Origin: an uncultured Desulfarculus sp.
Lineage (GTDB): Bacteria; Desulfobacterota; Desulfarculia; Desulfarculales; Desulfarculaceae
DNA: 64,000 bases
Direction: 5' to 3'
Assembly (NCBI GenBank): GCA_963665125.2
Contig: CAXXUK010000002.1
Location: 832,001-896,000, forward strand
The notes beneath the pieces are model-generated. The model saw only the letters and a program-made list of their open reading frames with translations. It was not told where the DNA came from and did not search any database. Below are positions 16,747-26,398 of this stretch, in pieces (position 1 is the stretch's first letter; the number at the start of each line of letters is the position of its first letter). Made by a program: the position numbers and the translations under genes.

Positions 16747-18297
16747 ATGCATGTACGCCTTTTGGATACCGGGCTGATCAGCGGGGCCGCCAACATGGCT
16801 CTGGACTCCATCATCCTGGAAGAGGTGGAAGCCGGAGCCAGCCCGCCGACCTTGCGTTTTCTGCGCTTTGACCCTCCTGCGGCCCTGGTGGGCTTCAATC
16901 AGGACGTGGGCACGGAAATCCGCGCCGACTATTGCCGGGAAAACCGCATCGACATCAACAGGCGCATCACCGGCGGCGGTTCGATCCTGTTTGAGCCGTC
17001 CATGCTGGGCTTCGAACTTTTCTGGCCCACCTCCGGCCCCGGCCTGGGCCGGGATTTCGGGGCCATCACTGAGCGCCTGGCCGGATTGGCCGCCCAAGCC
17101 ATAACCAGCCTGGGCGCCCCGGCGGCCTTCCGGCCCCGCAATGACATCGAAATCCACGGCCGCAAGGTCTCGGGCACGGGCATGGTCTTCTACGGCAAGG
17201 CCTGGATGTTCCAGGGCACGCTGCTCATAGAAAACTGCATGGAGACCATGCTGCGGGCTTTGCGGGTGCCCGTGGAAAAACTCAAGCGCCGGGAGATCCA
17301 GAGCCTGTTGCAGCGCCTGACGTTTTTGGCCGACGAGATCGGCCGGGTGCCGGACATGACCGAAATCAAGGCCGCCTTTGCCAAAGCCTATGAGATAGGG
17401 TTGGGGTATGGCCTGGCACCCGGCGGCCTGACCGAACGCGAGCAACAGCGCCTGGCCAAGGAACTGCCGTATTATGAATCAGACCAGTGGGTTCAGCGCC
17501 GCAGGCTCAGCGGCGAGGCCTCCCAGGTGCTGCGGGCCCAGTCGGGACGCATGACCACGGCCCTGTTCACCGACCCGGAGCACAAAAAAATATCCCAGGC
17601 CCTGATCACCGGCGATTTCTTTTGCCGTCCCCAGCGTTTGATCATGGACGTGGAGGGCATACTGCGGGGCGCGCCGTTAAAGCCTGTAGCCCTGCGCAAG
17701 ACTTTAGATGATTATCTGGATTCGTTGGACCACGAGATCGTTGGCATCAGCCGGGAACAGTTCGTCGACTGCGTGATCCAGGCCGCCGCAAAGGGCGCGG
17801 CTCCCTGGCCGGGCTTCCAGGCAGAGGACCTCAATGAGGTGCATCCCATCTCCATGGACCTGGACATGCAAGGCTGGCAACGACCGGCCCGGCTGCTGCT
17901 GCCGTACTGCGCCAAGGATTTGCAGTGCCCCCAGCGCCACGAAGACGGCTGCGACCAATGCGGCCTGTGCGACATCGGCGACATGTATGAGTTGGCCGAA
18001 AAATGTGATATCAAGGCGGTGACCATCACCAGCTTTGAGCACCTGATGGCCGAGATCGCCGACATAGGCAAGACGCCGGGCGAGACCTACGTGGGCAGCT
18101 GTTGCCAGGCGTTCTTGGCCAAGCATCAGCACGAGATGGCCGAGGCCGGGGTCAAGGGCGTTATCGTGGGGCTCAATTCCTTGACCTGCTATGATCTGGG
18201 CAAGGAGACCGACGCCTATGCCGGGACCTTTGAAAAACAAAGCCAGATGGAGACCGCCCTGTTCAGCAGGGTGGTCCGATTCCTGACCAGAGAGTAA
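16747..18297 (+). CDS. Lipoate/octanoate:protein ligase (sLpl(AB)-type) with C-terminal Cys-rich DUF116-like domain
   Basis: NMALD, RRITGGGSI, RPRNDIEIHGRKVSGTG, ITGDFF; C-terminal LLLPYCAK..C..CDQCGLC..SCC..TCY. Confidence 0.85.
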   Translation: MHVRLLDTGLISGAANMALDSIILEEVEAGASPPTLRFLRFDPPAALVGFNQDVGTEIRADYCRENRIDINRRITGGGSILFEPSMLGFELFWPTSGPGLGRDFGAITERLAGLAAQAITSLGAPAAFRPRNDIEIHGRKVSGTGMVFYGKAWMFQGTLLIENCMETMLRALRVPVEKLKRREIQSLLQRLTFLADEIGRVPDMTEIKAAFAKAYEIGLGYGLAPGGLTEREQQRLAKELPYYESDQWVQRRRLSGEASQVLRAQSGRMTTALFTDPEHKKISQALITGDFFCRPQRLIMDVEGILRGAPLKPVALRKTLDDYLDSLDHEIVGISREQFVDCVIQAAAKGAAPWPGFQAEDLNEVHPISMDLDMQGWQRPARLLLPYCAKDLQCPQRHEDGCDQCGLCDIGDMYELAEKCDIKAVTITSFEHLMAEIADIGKTPGETYVGSCCQAFLAKHQHEMAEAGVKGVIVGLNSLTCYDLGKETDAYAGTFEKQSQMETALFSRVVRFLTRE

Positions 18298-18302
18298 AGA
18301 GC

Positions 18303-19376
18303 TTGCCGCGCAAACTGATAGTGGATGTGGCCGTGGTCGGCGGCGGGCCCGCCGGACTGGCTGCCGCCGAGGCCGCCGCCAGGGCTGGGGCCTGGGTGAT
18401 CCTGGTGGAGGCCAAGCCGGAGATCGGAGCCCGTTGCCACTGCGCCGAATGGGTTCCGGCCCTGCTGGTGGGCGAGATAGACCTGCCCAAGGAAGTCAGG
18501 CGAACGGCCACCGACAGCCTGGAATGCCAGGCCGGGGACCAGCGCGCCGTGGCCGGGGTCAAGGGCTGGGTCATCGACCGTCCGGCCTGGGAGCGGCATA
18601 CGGCAAGCCGGGTCTTGTGGTGGGGCGTGTCCATGGTTTGCGGGGCCAGGGCCAAGGGCTTTGACGACAAAGGACGGCTGATCATCCAGGGGCGCAACAA
18701 GTTCATCAAGATCGAGGCCGCCGTGGTGGTGGCCGCCGACGGAGCGCTTTCGCCCACGGCCAGGGCCGCCGGGCTGCCCCGCCTGGCGGGCGTGCCGGCC
18801 ATGCAGCTCGAGATGACCGCCGGGGTTGGCGAGCAAAAGGCCATCGCGGCCTTCCGGCCCGACCTGGTGGGCTACCAGTGGTGCTTCCCCAAGGGCGGGA
18901 CGGTGAACATCGGCCTTGGCGGCAGGGCGCTGGGTCATGTTTCCCTTAACGAAATGCTGGGCCAATGGCAAGACGAACTGCGGGCCGAGGGCCTCGTCGC
19001 CGACGGCGTGGTGCGCCGGGGCGGCGGCTGGCTGCCCGGCGGGGGGATGCGCCCGGCCGTGCATGAACTCGGCGACGGGACCATGCTGCTGCTGGCCGGA
19101 GACGCGGCAGGCCTGACCCATCCCACCACCGGCGCGGGCATCCCCCAGGCCGTGGTCAGCGGCAGATTGGCCGGAGAGGCCGCCGCGGCCATGGCCAATG
19201 GCGATTCCGGCGCCGCCCGTGAATACGAGGCCGAGCTGACGGGCCGTTTCGGGGGGTATCTGAACCGGGGCGCGGAGTCCCTGGCCCAAGCCACGGCGAT
19301 GTGGCCGGATGATTTCATGGAGGCCGTGAAGATCTACTGGCCCCTGTGGCCCCGGCGGGACGCCGCTGATGAGTGA
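18303..19376 (+). CDS. FAD/NAD(P)-binding geranylgeranyl-reductase-family protein (LipT-like by context)
   Basis: VVGGGPAGL, CAEWVP, AADG, YQWCFPKG, LAGDAAGLTHPTTGAGI; lies within the lipoate cluster. Confidence 0.75.
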   Translation: MPRKLIVDVAVVGGGPAGLAAAEAAARAGAWVILVEAKPEIGARCHCAEWVPALLVGEIDLPKEVRRTATDSLECQAGDQRAVAGVKGWVIDRPAWERHTASRVLWWGVSMVCGARAKGFDDKGRLIIQGRNKFIKIEAAVVVAADGALSPTARAAGLPRLAGVPAMQLEMTAGVGEQKAIAAFRPDLVGYQWCFPKGGTVNIGLGGRALGHVSLNEMLGQWQDELRAEGLVADGVVRRGGGWLPGGGMRPAVHELGDGTMLLLAGDAAGLTHPTTGAGIPQAVVSGRLAGEAAAAMANGDSGAAREYEAELTGRFGGYLNRGAESLAQATAMWPDDFMEAVKIYWPLWPRRDAADE

Positions 19377-20328
19377 TCTGGGCCGCCTGCTGGAGTTAGC
19401 CCGCCGGGCCCGGCCTGAATTACGCGGTCCGGAGCTGGGCCTGTTCGTGCCGGGCATGGTGGTTTACGAAGGCAAGCGGGGCCGCTTCCCGGCCATGAGC
19501 ATCACCGGCGGGCAATGCTCTCTGCAATGCGCCCACTGCCGGGGCGGCCTGCTGCAAGGCATGGCCGACGCATCCACGCCGGAAAGCCTGTTGCAGAGGG
19601 CCACAGAGGCCCAGGCCAAAGGCAATGTCGGCATCCTGGTCAGCGGCGGGTGCGCCAAAGACGGCCGCCTGCCCTGGGATGCATTCGCTGACGCCCTGGC
19701 AGAGATCAAACGCCAAACCGGGTTGTTCGTGGCCGTGCACAGCGGTTTCGTGGATGCGGCCCAGGCCAATTTGCTGGCCCAGGCCGGAGTGGACCTGGCC
19801 ATGATCGACGTCATCGGCGACGACGCCACGGCAAAGGATGTCTACGGCCTGTCCGGCGCGGCTGTTGCCGCCGAAAGCCTGTCGGCCCTGGTGGAAGCAG
19901 GGTTAAACGTGGCCCCGCACATCGTGGCGGGCTTGAATCACGGCCGGATCGTCGGCGAGGAGCGGGCCGTCGAGGTTGCCCTGCAAAGCGGCGCGAAGAC
20001 CCTGGTCTTCGTGGTGTTGATGCCCCTGAAAGGCACGGCCATGGCCCAGGCAACCCCGCCCGCGCCCGAAGACGTGGCCAGGCTGATCTGTGGGGCACGG
20101 CTGGCAAAACCGGAGATTACGATCAATCTGGGCTGCGGCAGGCCCAGGGGAGCCCATGCCGCCCGGCTGGATGAATTGGCCTTGATGGCCGGTGTGGACA
20201 ACATCGCCGTGCCCGCGCCCGAGACCGCTGAGTTGGCCGCCAGATCGGGGCGTGAGCCTGTTTGGCGCCATATCTGCTGCACCGCGCCGCTGGATCTGCC
20301 CGGCGGCGTCTGGGGAGAGCAAATATGA
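19369..20328 (+). CDS. lipS1: Radical SAM lipoate synthase subunit LipS1
   Basis: SITGGQCSLQCAHC (CX3CX2C), LGCGRP (GC-x-R motif) and C-terminal CC. Confidence 0.75.
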   Translation: MSDLGRLLELARRARPELRGPELGLFVPGMVVYEGKRGRFPAMSITGGQCSLQCAHCRGGLLQGMADASTPESLLQRATEAQAKGNVGILVSGGCAKDGRLPWDAFADALAEIKRQTGLFVAVHSGFVDAAQANLLAQAGVDLAMIDVIGDDATAKDVYGLSGAAVAAESLSALVEAGLNVAPHIVAGLNHGRIVGEERAVEVALQSGAKTLVFVVLMPLKGTAMAQATPPAPEDVARLICGARLAKPEITINLGCGRPRGAHAARLDELALMAGVDNIAVPAPETAELAARSGREPVWRHICCTAPLDLPGGVWGEQI

Positions 20329-21392
20329 TGGATAGCATTGGTCCCCAAAACCTGCGTATAAGCCTGGCCGCGGCCATGGAACTGGGCCTAAAACAGGGCT
20401 TTTTCTATCGCGACGCCAGGTTGCATTGCATCAATCTGCTGCTGACCTATGACGACGGCTGCAAGGCCAACTGCGCCTTTTGCGGGCTGAGCAGGGAGCG
20501 TTCAGGCCTGTATCCGGAAAAGAAATTCATCCGAGTGGAATGGCCCACCCACGGCACGGATACGATCATCGAACGTCTCCAGGCCGTACAGGGCAAGGGC
20601 GTCGTGCAGCGGGTTTGCCTGTCCATGATCACCCACCCCGAGGCCGTGGCCGACGCCCTGGCTCTTAGCCGCCGCCTGACCACCGAGGTCGACCTGCCGC
20701 TGTCGGCGTTGATCACCCCCACGCTGATGGATGAAAAGGACCTGCAAGACTTCAAGGACGCCGGGGTGGACCGCATTGGTGTTGCCATCGACTGCGCAAC
20801 GCCGGAGATTTTCGACGATCTGCGGGGCAAGCGGGCCCGTGGGCCGCACAAGTGGGAGCGCTACTGGGATGTCTATGAAAAAGCCCTGGCCATTTTCGGG
20901 CCGGACCGGGCGGGAGTTCACCTCATCTGCGGCCTGGGCGAGACCGAAGCCGAACTGGCCCAGGCCATGCAACGGGCCAGGGACATGGGCGGCTTCACCC
21001 ACTTGTTCAGCTTTTTCCCCGAGGGCGGCTCAAGACTGGCCCGGCACACTCCGCCGCCCATTGGCCAATACCGGCGCATACAGGTGGCCCGCTGGCTCAT
21101 CGACCACGACCTGGCCGCCGAAAGCGGTTTCCACTACGACGGACAGGGGCGCATAACCGGGTTCGGCGTGGCGCGGCAGGTGTTCGAAGAAGTCATCAAG
21201 GACGGAAAATGCTTCATGACCTCGGGCTGCCCCGGCGCCACCCTGGAGACGGCCTGCAACCGCCCCTTTGCCAATGAACGGCCCGGCCCGGATATCCGCA
21301 ACTACCCCTTCCACCCCACTGACGAAGATATAGCCAAATGCCGCGGCGAACTATGGACCGCGGCTCCGAAGCATGTCGTCTCAAGATTGTAA
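20325..21392 (+). CDS. lipS2: Radical SAM lipoate synthase subunit LipS2
   Basis: GCKANCAFC, RVEWP, TSGCPG...CNRP motif and RNYP; ATG 20325 overlaps the lipS1 stop codon. Confidence 0.75.
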   Translation: MMDSIGPQNLRISLAAAMELGLKQGFFYRDARLHCINLLLTYDDGCKANCAFCGLSRERSGLYPEKKFIRVEWPTHGTDTIIERLQAVQGKGVVQRVCLSMITHPEAVADALALSRRLTTEVDLPLSALITPTLMDEKDLQDFKDAGVDRIGVAIDCATPEIFDDLRGKRARGPHKWERYWDVYEKALAIFGPDRAGVHLICGLGETEAELAQAMQRARDMGGFTHLFSFFPEGGSRLARHTPPPIGQYRRIQVARWLIDHDLAAESGFHYDGQGRITGFGVARQVFEEVIKDGKCFMTSGCPGATLETACNRPFANERPGPDIRNYPFHPTDEDIAKCRGELWTAAPKHVVSRL

Positions 21393-21512
21393 GCTGAATC
21401 TCGAGCTACTTCATAAAAGTCTACAATTTAATAAATGAATATTCCTATTCCGTACATCGGGTTATGTATAATCATAACATTGGGTAGAATATTCGTTTAA
21501 GTCGGCGCAAAA

Positions 21513-23546
21513 GTGGGGGCTGTTGTGTGGCTTAATAATCTCAAGGTAGGCAAGAAGATAGGCGGAGGCTTCGGGCTGGTCTTGCTGCTGATGGCGGTGT
21601 CGGGGCTGTTGGTTTACACCGGCGTCGGTGGCATCGTTGACAATGCCCAGGAGGTGATAGCCGGTAACAAGCTCGACGGAAGCCTAGCCCAAAAAGAAGT
21701 GGACCATCTGGCCTGGGCGACGAAGGTCAACAGCTTTCTTACCGATAGCAGAGTAAAAAAACTCGATGTGCAAATCAACCCACGGGAGTGCGGTTTCGGC
21801 AGGTGGTACTATGGCCAGGGCCGTAAAGACGCGGAAACGTTGGTACCTACTCTGGCACCTCTGTTGGCGGCCATCGAGTCTCCCCACACCACGCTTCACG
21901 ATTCGGCCAGGCTGATCAAACAGCGCTTTCGCCAGCCGCATCCCGGTCTTCTGATCCAGTTGTCGGATCTGCTGATCAAACATTTGGTTTGGACCAATAC
22001 GTTGTGTTCACGCGTCAACGGGCTGTTTTTAAAGCAAGGCGCCCTGGCCGGCGTCAACCGGAGCGATTTCCGCGTGGATGTGGAGATGGACCCTGATGAA
22101 TGCGCCTTGGGGGTCTTTCTCGCTTCGGATTATTTGGCGGAGCAAAAGAAATCATTCCCGCAGTTGGTTGAGGTGATGGACGCCGTGGTGGAACCGCACA
22201 ACAGGCTTCACGCTTCGGCGGCCCGGATTCAACAAATGGTTCGCGACGGGCAAGTGGAAAAAGCGGCGCTGCTTTTTCAGAACGAGACGTTGCCAACTTT
22301 AAAAAAGGTAAAGCAACTGCTGAACCAGGCCATAGACGCTGAAGCTCAATTGCAAAAGGCCGCTGAGGATGCGATGATGATTTACGCCACCCAAACCCAG
22401 CCCAGCCTTGAAAAAGTTCAGGAGCTCATAGAAAAAATCCGCAAAGAGTCGCGCAGTCATATTTCCACCGACCAGACAATTTTATCGGCGGCAATGGGCC
22501 TTCAGCTACAGGTCATAACCATTTCCCTTGTGACTTTATTATTGGGCATTTCGGGGGCCGCGTTTTTGACCAGGGCCATGACCAAGCCCTTGCAAAACGC
22601 CTCAACGGCTATAAACACCGTCGCGTCCGGTGACTTCACGATTCAACTTGATGAAGACGATATCAGTCGCAAGGATGAACTGGGAATGATGCTTGCCTCG
22701 CTGCAGGGCATGAGCGACAAGCTTTCCTCAATGGTTCATGATGTCATGTTGGCCTCGGTGCAGGTGGCGAGTTCGGCGTCCCAGATGAGCAACGGCAACC
22801 AGGAATTGAACATCCGCACCCAGCAGCAGGCAGCAGGCGTACAGCAGACGGCCTCGGCCTTGGAACAGATGACAAGCTCCGTAAAAAATACGGCAAACAG
22901 TTCCAGCCAGGCCAACAAACTTGCCTCATTCGCCGCCGAGTTGGCCCGCCGGGGTGGAGATGTTTTGAATCGCACCGTCGACGCCATGGATGAAGTAAGC
23001 AAGAGCAGCAGAAAAATCTCCGAAATCATTACAATCGTAAACGAAATAGCCTTTCAGACCAATTTGCTGGCCCTCAACGCCGCGGTAGAGGCGGCCAGGG
23101 CCGGCGATGCCGGGAGAGGCTTCGCGGTGGTGGCCGGCGAGGTGCGCAATCTGGCCGGTCGAAGCGCCAAGGCGGCCGGGGAGATCCAGACCCTTATCGG
23201 CGACAGCGTTGGCAAGGTGGAACACGTCAGCGATCTGGTTGTCAACAGCGGCAAGATCCTGGGCGAAATTATCGACAATGTGAGAGCTGTCGCCGACGCC
23301 GTGGTCGATATTTCGGCGGCCAGCCAGCAGCAGGCCCAGGGAATTGATGAGGTCAACAAGGCCGTGACCCAGATGGACCAGACAATCCAGCAAAATGCCG
23401 CGTTGGTAGAAGAGGTGGCCTCGACCAGCGAAGAACAGGCCTCGGTGGCCGAGCAGTTGCGCGCCCAGATGTCGCAATTCAAGGTCGACAGGCAAAGGGT
23501 GGACCTTGGCCGCGGCGGCGACGGTCTGCGAGGCGGAGAATTATAG
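21513..23546 (+). CDS. Methyl-accepting chemotaxis protein with two CZB-like domains, HAMP and signalling domain
   Basis: [51 protein letters not shown] and HLVW..CALG..H..H between two TM segments. Confidence 0.9.
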   Translation: MGAVVWLNNLKVGKKIGGGFGLVLLLMAVSGLLVYTGVGGIVDNAQEVIAGNKLDGSLAQKEVDHLAWATKVNSFLTDSRVKKLDVQINPRECGFGRWYYGQGRKDAETLVPTLAPLLAAIESPHTTLHDSARLIKQRFRQPHPGLLIQLSDLLIKHLVWTNTLCSRVNGLFLKQGALAGVNRSDFRVDVEMDPDECALGVFLASDYLAEQKKSFPQLVEVMDAVVEPHNRLHASAARIQQMVRDGQVEKAALLFQNETLPTLKKVKQLLNQAIDAEAQLQKAAEDAMMIYATQTQPSLEKVQELIEKIRKESRSHISTDQTILSAAMGLQLQVITISLVTLLLGISGAAFLTRAMTKPLQNASTAINTVASGDFTIQLDEDDISRKDELGMMLASLQGMSDKLSSMVHDVMLASVQVASSASQMSNGNQELNIRTQQQAAGVQQTASALEQMTSSVKNTANSSSQANKLASFAAELARRGGDVLNRTVDAMDEVSKSSRKISEIITIVNEIAFQTNLLALNAAVEAARAGDAGRGFAVVAGEVRNLAGRSAKAAGEIQTLIGDSVGKVEHVSDLVVNSGKILGEIIDNVRAVADAVVDISAASQQQAQGIDEVNKAVTQMDQTIQQNAALVEEVASTSEEQASVAEQLRAQMSQFKVDRQRVDLGRGGDGLRGGEL

Positions 23547-23686
23547 AATTCGTCATATCTTGCCCCGTCCGTGTTGGCCCCGGCGATTTTTATTTAATTT
23601 TGGGTTGTTAAAACGAAATGATTGAAATTCTTGGCCCGGGAGCGATTATGCGATAGATTTAGCCAAGTCTCAATGCAACACGGAGC

Positions 23687-24370
23687 ATGCAAATGAGCCG
23701 GGCTGCCCTGGATAATTTCATTTCAGACGGCCTCTGGACCAATATCCTCCAGAGCGTCACCGATCCTATTAGCATTATCAGTGCGGATCATCTCGTGATT
23801 TGGGCCAATGTGGGCGACGATACCGGTTTCGTGCGCCTGAAGGGCAGGCCCGAGGGACGCTTATGCTACGAGGTGTTCATGGATCGCCGGGGCCCTTGTC
23901 CGGATTGTCCCATAGAGCCGGTGTTCAAGACCGGCCGTCCCCACGTGGCCGACAAATGGCTGCCCTCCCTGGCGGGCCACGGCGGACGCTGGAGCGAAGT
24001 GCACAGCTACCCCATCAGCGACGAAGAGGGCAGGGTGCTCTATGTGGTGAAGATCGGCATCGATGTCACCGAACAGCGCAAGGACCAACGCCGCGACCTG
24101 CGCTATGTGGAGCAACTCGAGCGCAGCGCCAGGGAGATGTTGGTCTCCAACGAGCCCCGGGAAACGGAGGCCGATGGCGCGGGGCTCACCCCCCGGGAAG
24201 AACAGGTCCTGCGTTGCGTGGCCCAGGGCATGACCAACAAAGAGATAGCCGCGCTTCTGACCATCAGCCACCATACGGTGAAAAGCCACGTCATCAACAT
24301 CTTCAACAAACTGGGCGTAAACGACCGGGCCCAGGCCGCCGCAACGGCCGCACGCATGGGGCTGGCCTAA
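23687..24370 (+). CDS. PAS-LuxR transcriptional regulator
   Basis: PAS-like domain with CYEVF..PCPDCP; LTPREEQVL..GMTNKEIA..TVKSHV..KLGV. Confidence 0.85.
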   Translation: MQMSRAALDNFISDGLWTNILQSVTDPISIISADHLVIWANVGDDTGFVRLKGRPEGRLCYEVFMDRRGPCPDCPIEPVFKTGRPHVADKWLPSLAGHGGRWSEVHSYPISDEEGRVLYVVKIGIDVTEQRKDQRRDLRYVEQLERSAREMLVSNEPRETEADGAGLTPREEQVLRCVAQGMTNKEIAALLTISHHTVKSHVINIFNKLGVNDRAQAAATAARMGLA

Positions 24371-24480
24371 AGTCAGGCTTCACCGCTTTCGCCTTGTATC
24401 GCCCATATGGGCGATGCGTTGTTTTTAACCAGGTGATTTACTCAATCTAATTAAGAACCATGGTCATGGAGGGCTACGCC

Positions 24481-24837
24481 ATGCAATGCAAACGATGCCA
24501 GGCTAATGTGGCAGCGGATGAGGTGTATGAATACGCCGGTGAAACCTTGTGCGAAGACTGCTACATGGACGCCCTCAGCCCGACCCGCACCTGCGACCCA
24601 TGGGCTGTTTACACGGCCAAACACGCGCCGGAAAAAGGCCCGGCCAACCCGGCACAGCACAAGATCATGAATTTGCTTGAAAAACACGGCCAAGTCAACG
24701 CTGAAGTCGTGTTGGCCGAAACAGGGCTTAGCCGCAAGGAGCTTGAGCGCGAAGTGGCCACTCTGCGGCATATGGAACTGCTGCGGGGCGTGCGCCGGGA
24801 TGACGGCGGCATCGCTTTGGCGTTATTCAACAAATAA
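24481..24837 (+). CDS. Hypothetical protein with N-terminal CxxC..CxxC zinc ribbon and winged-helix-like C-terminus
   Basis: CKRC...LCEDCYMD...TCDPWAV; GGAGG RBS. Confidence 0.65.
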   Translation: MQCKRCQANVAADEVYEYAGETLCEDCYMDALSPTRTCDPWAVYTAKHAPEKGPANPAQHKIMNLLEKHGQVNAEVVLAETGLSRKELEREVATLRHMELLRGVRRDDGGIALALFNK

Positions 24838-24849
24838 GAAGGGGGAGGC

Positions 24850-25470
24850 ATGGCCAACGAGGGACAGGTCTGGGACGAGATCTACAACGACTACCTACAG
24901 CAACTGGGACGCCTGGATCTTTCCTCGTTGGCCGGCAAACTCGGCGTGCGGCCCGATGGCGACGCGGTTGTTGTCGAGATGTTCGGCAAGCCATTTCGGG
25001 TGGGGCCCGGCGGCATTACCGACGAAAACGGCCAACGGCCCTTGCACGCCATCAGCGTCATTTTGTGCAAGTATCTGATTATCGGCCCGGAAGCCGAACC
25101 CGGCGACGGCTCCTGGAAAGCATATAAGGAATTCAAGGACTGCATGCCATATGTGCAGGGCTTTGACGACACGGCCCATAAACCCATTGAGCGGTCATTC
25201 GGCGGCGAGTTGCAGGCACTAAACAGCGCGGCGGACAAGCTGTGCGGCGTGGAGGCCGATGAGGGGCTCAGCTATGATTTCGTGCGGCTCTTTCACGCCC
25301 TGCCCAAGGTGCCCATGTTGATGCTTTTCAACGACAGCGAGGATATGTTTCCGGCCCAGTGCAGCCTCCTGTTCCGGGCCGATGTGCTGAACTACCTGGA
25401 CACCGAATGCACGGCAATCTGCGGCGGTGTGTTGGCCGCCTGGCTCAAGCGCGAGGCGGGCAAAAAGTGA
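24850..25470 (+). CDS. DUF3786-family protein
   Basis: ILCKYL, W..YKEF and ALPKVP...DSEDMFPAQCSLLF..YLDTEC patterns. Confidence 0.75.
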   Translation: MANEGQVWDEIYNDYLQQLGRLDLSSLAGKLGVRPDGDAVVVEMFGKPFRVGPGGITDENGQRPLHAISVILCKYLIIGPEAEPGDGSWKAYKEFKDCMPYVQGFDDTAHKPIERSFGGELQALNSAADKLCGVEADEGLSYDFVRLFHALPKVPMLMLFNDSEDMFPAQCSLLFRADVLNYLDTECTAICGGVLAAWLKREAGKK

Positions 25471-25495
25471 GACGTAACTTGCCGTAAAAACATCG

Positions 25496-25526
25496 ACCCC
25501 GCAGCAAGCCTGCGGGGTTTTTCTTT
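25496..25526 (+). terminator. Rho-independent terminator
   Basis: ACCCCGCAG-caagc-CTGCGGGGT followed by a T tract. Confidence 0.6.
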
Positions 25527-25585
25527 GCAGCCACCAAGCAGCCGTCAACTTCTGTGAGCCAGCCCGGCTGGTTTCTTTTCCAAAC

Positions 25586-26071
25586 TCACCTATTGATTAG
25601 GGGAACTTCAACCATTAGGCCCTCGAAACGGTGTGCGAGGTCAGGGCAAAATTTGGGCTCACAAAAGACACGAAGGTGGCCAACTACCAACAAACGGCCT
25701 TCCCCGGCTCGGAGAAGGTACATTTCGCCTTCGGCGACTGTAGCCATTTTTCCAGAGGAGACGCAGGGCCAATCTGGCTTGGCATCCACCTGCCAGTTCA
25801 AGTGTAGCCGGGTCCCCGGAGGTTTCGGCAATTTATATACAGGTGAGCTGGGGTAGTAGCTTGGCTTGATGATAAAACGAACTTTTTCTAATTTCCCGGA
25901 ATCGGTGTAATCCAGGTAGAAAACGAACCTAATTGAGGGATCGCCCAAGTCAAATGTTTTGGTGACGGTTGTGCCCGCGATTGCCGGATTACAGATTATT
26001 AAGGTGAAAAACAGGGCGCAAAAGAGTCTAAGAAAGCCGTGGTGCGGCTTGAACTGACGTTTCCGGTTCAT
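25586..26071 (-). CDS. Hypothetical exported protein
   Basis: Signal-peptide-like N-terminus ending in AIA; GGAG upstream of ATG 26071. Confidence 0.5.
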   Translation of the reverse strand: MNRKRQFKPHHGFLRLFCALFFTLIICNPAIAGTTVTKTFDLGDPSIRFVFYLDYTDSGKLEKVRFIIKPSYYPSSPVYKLPKPPGTRLHLNWQVDAKPDWPCVSSGKMATVAEGEMYLLRAGEGRLLVVGHLRVFCEPKFCPDLAHRFEGLMVEVPLINR

Positions 26072-26398
26072 GACTGCTCTCTCTCCGGATAAGCAGGAGC
26101 GGCGGGCAGGGACCGCTGCCATCGAAAATTGCGTGGAACAAGCGTTAAGGGGCAGCTTTTTAGTTAATTGGGCCTGAATCAACCATGTTAGTCCGGCAAC
26201 AGGCGAAGGCGAACATAATCACCTGATTATTTCAGTGCATGGTAAATCGTTGGCCGCAAAACAGTCAATGAAAAGGTTGATTTCCGACAATACCATGCGC
26301 CTGGCGCGGCAAAGCCCCATTTGCCGCCGGGGGGCGCGACGTATTACAATCAAGTCCATGGCCTGTTGGCCACAACCTCACCCATATGGAGCCTTGGT

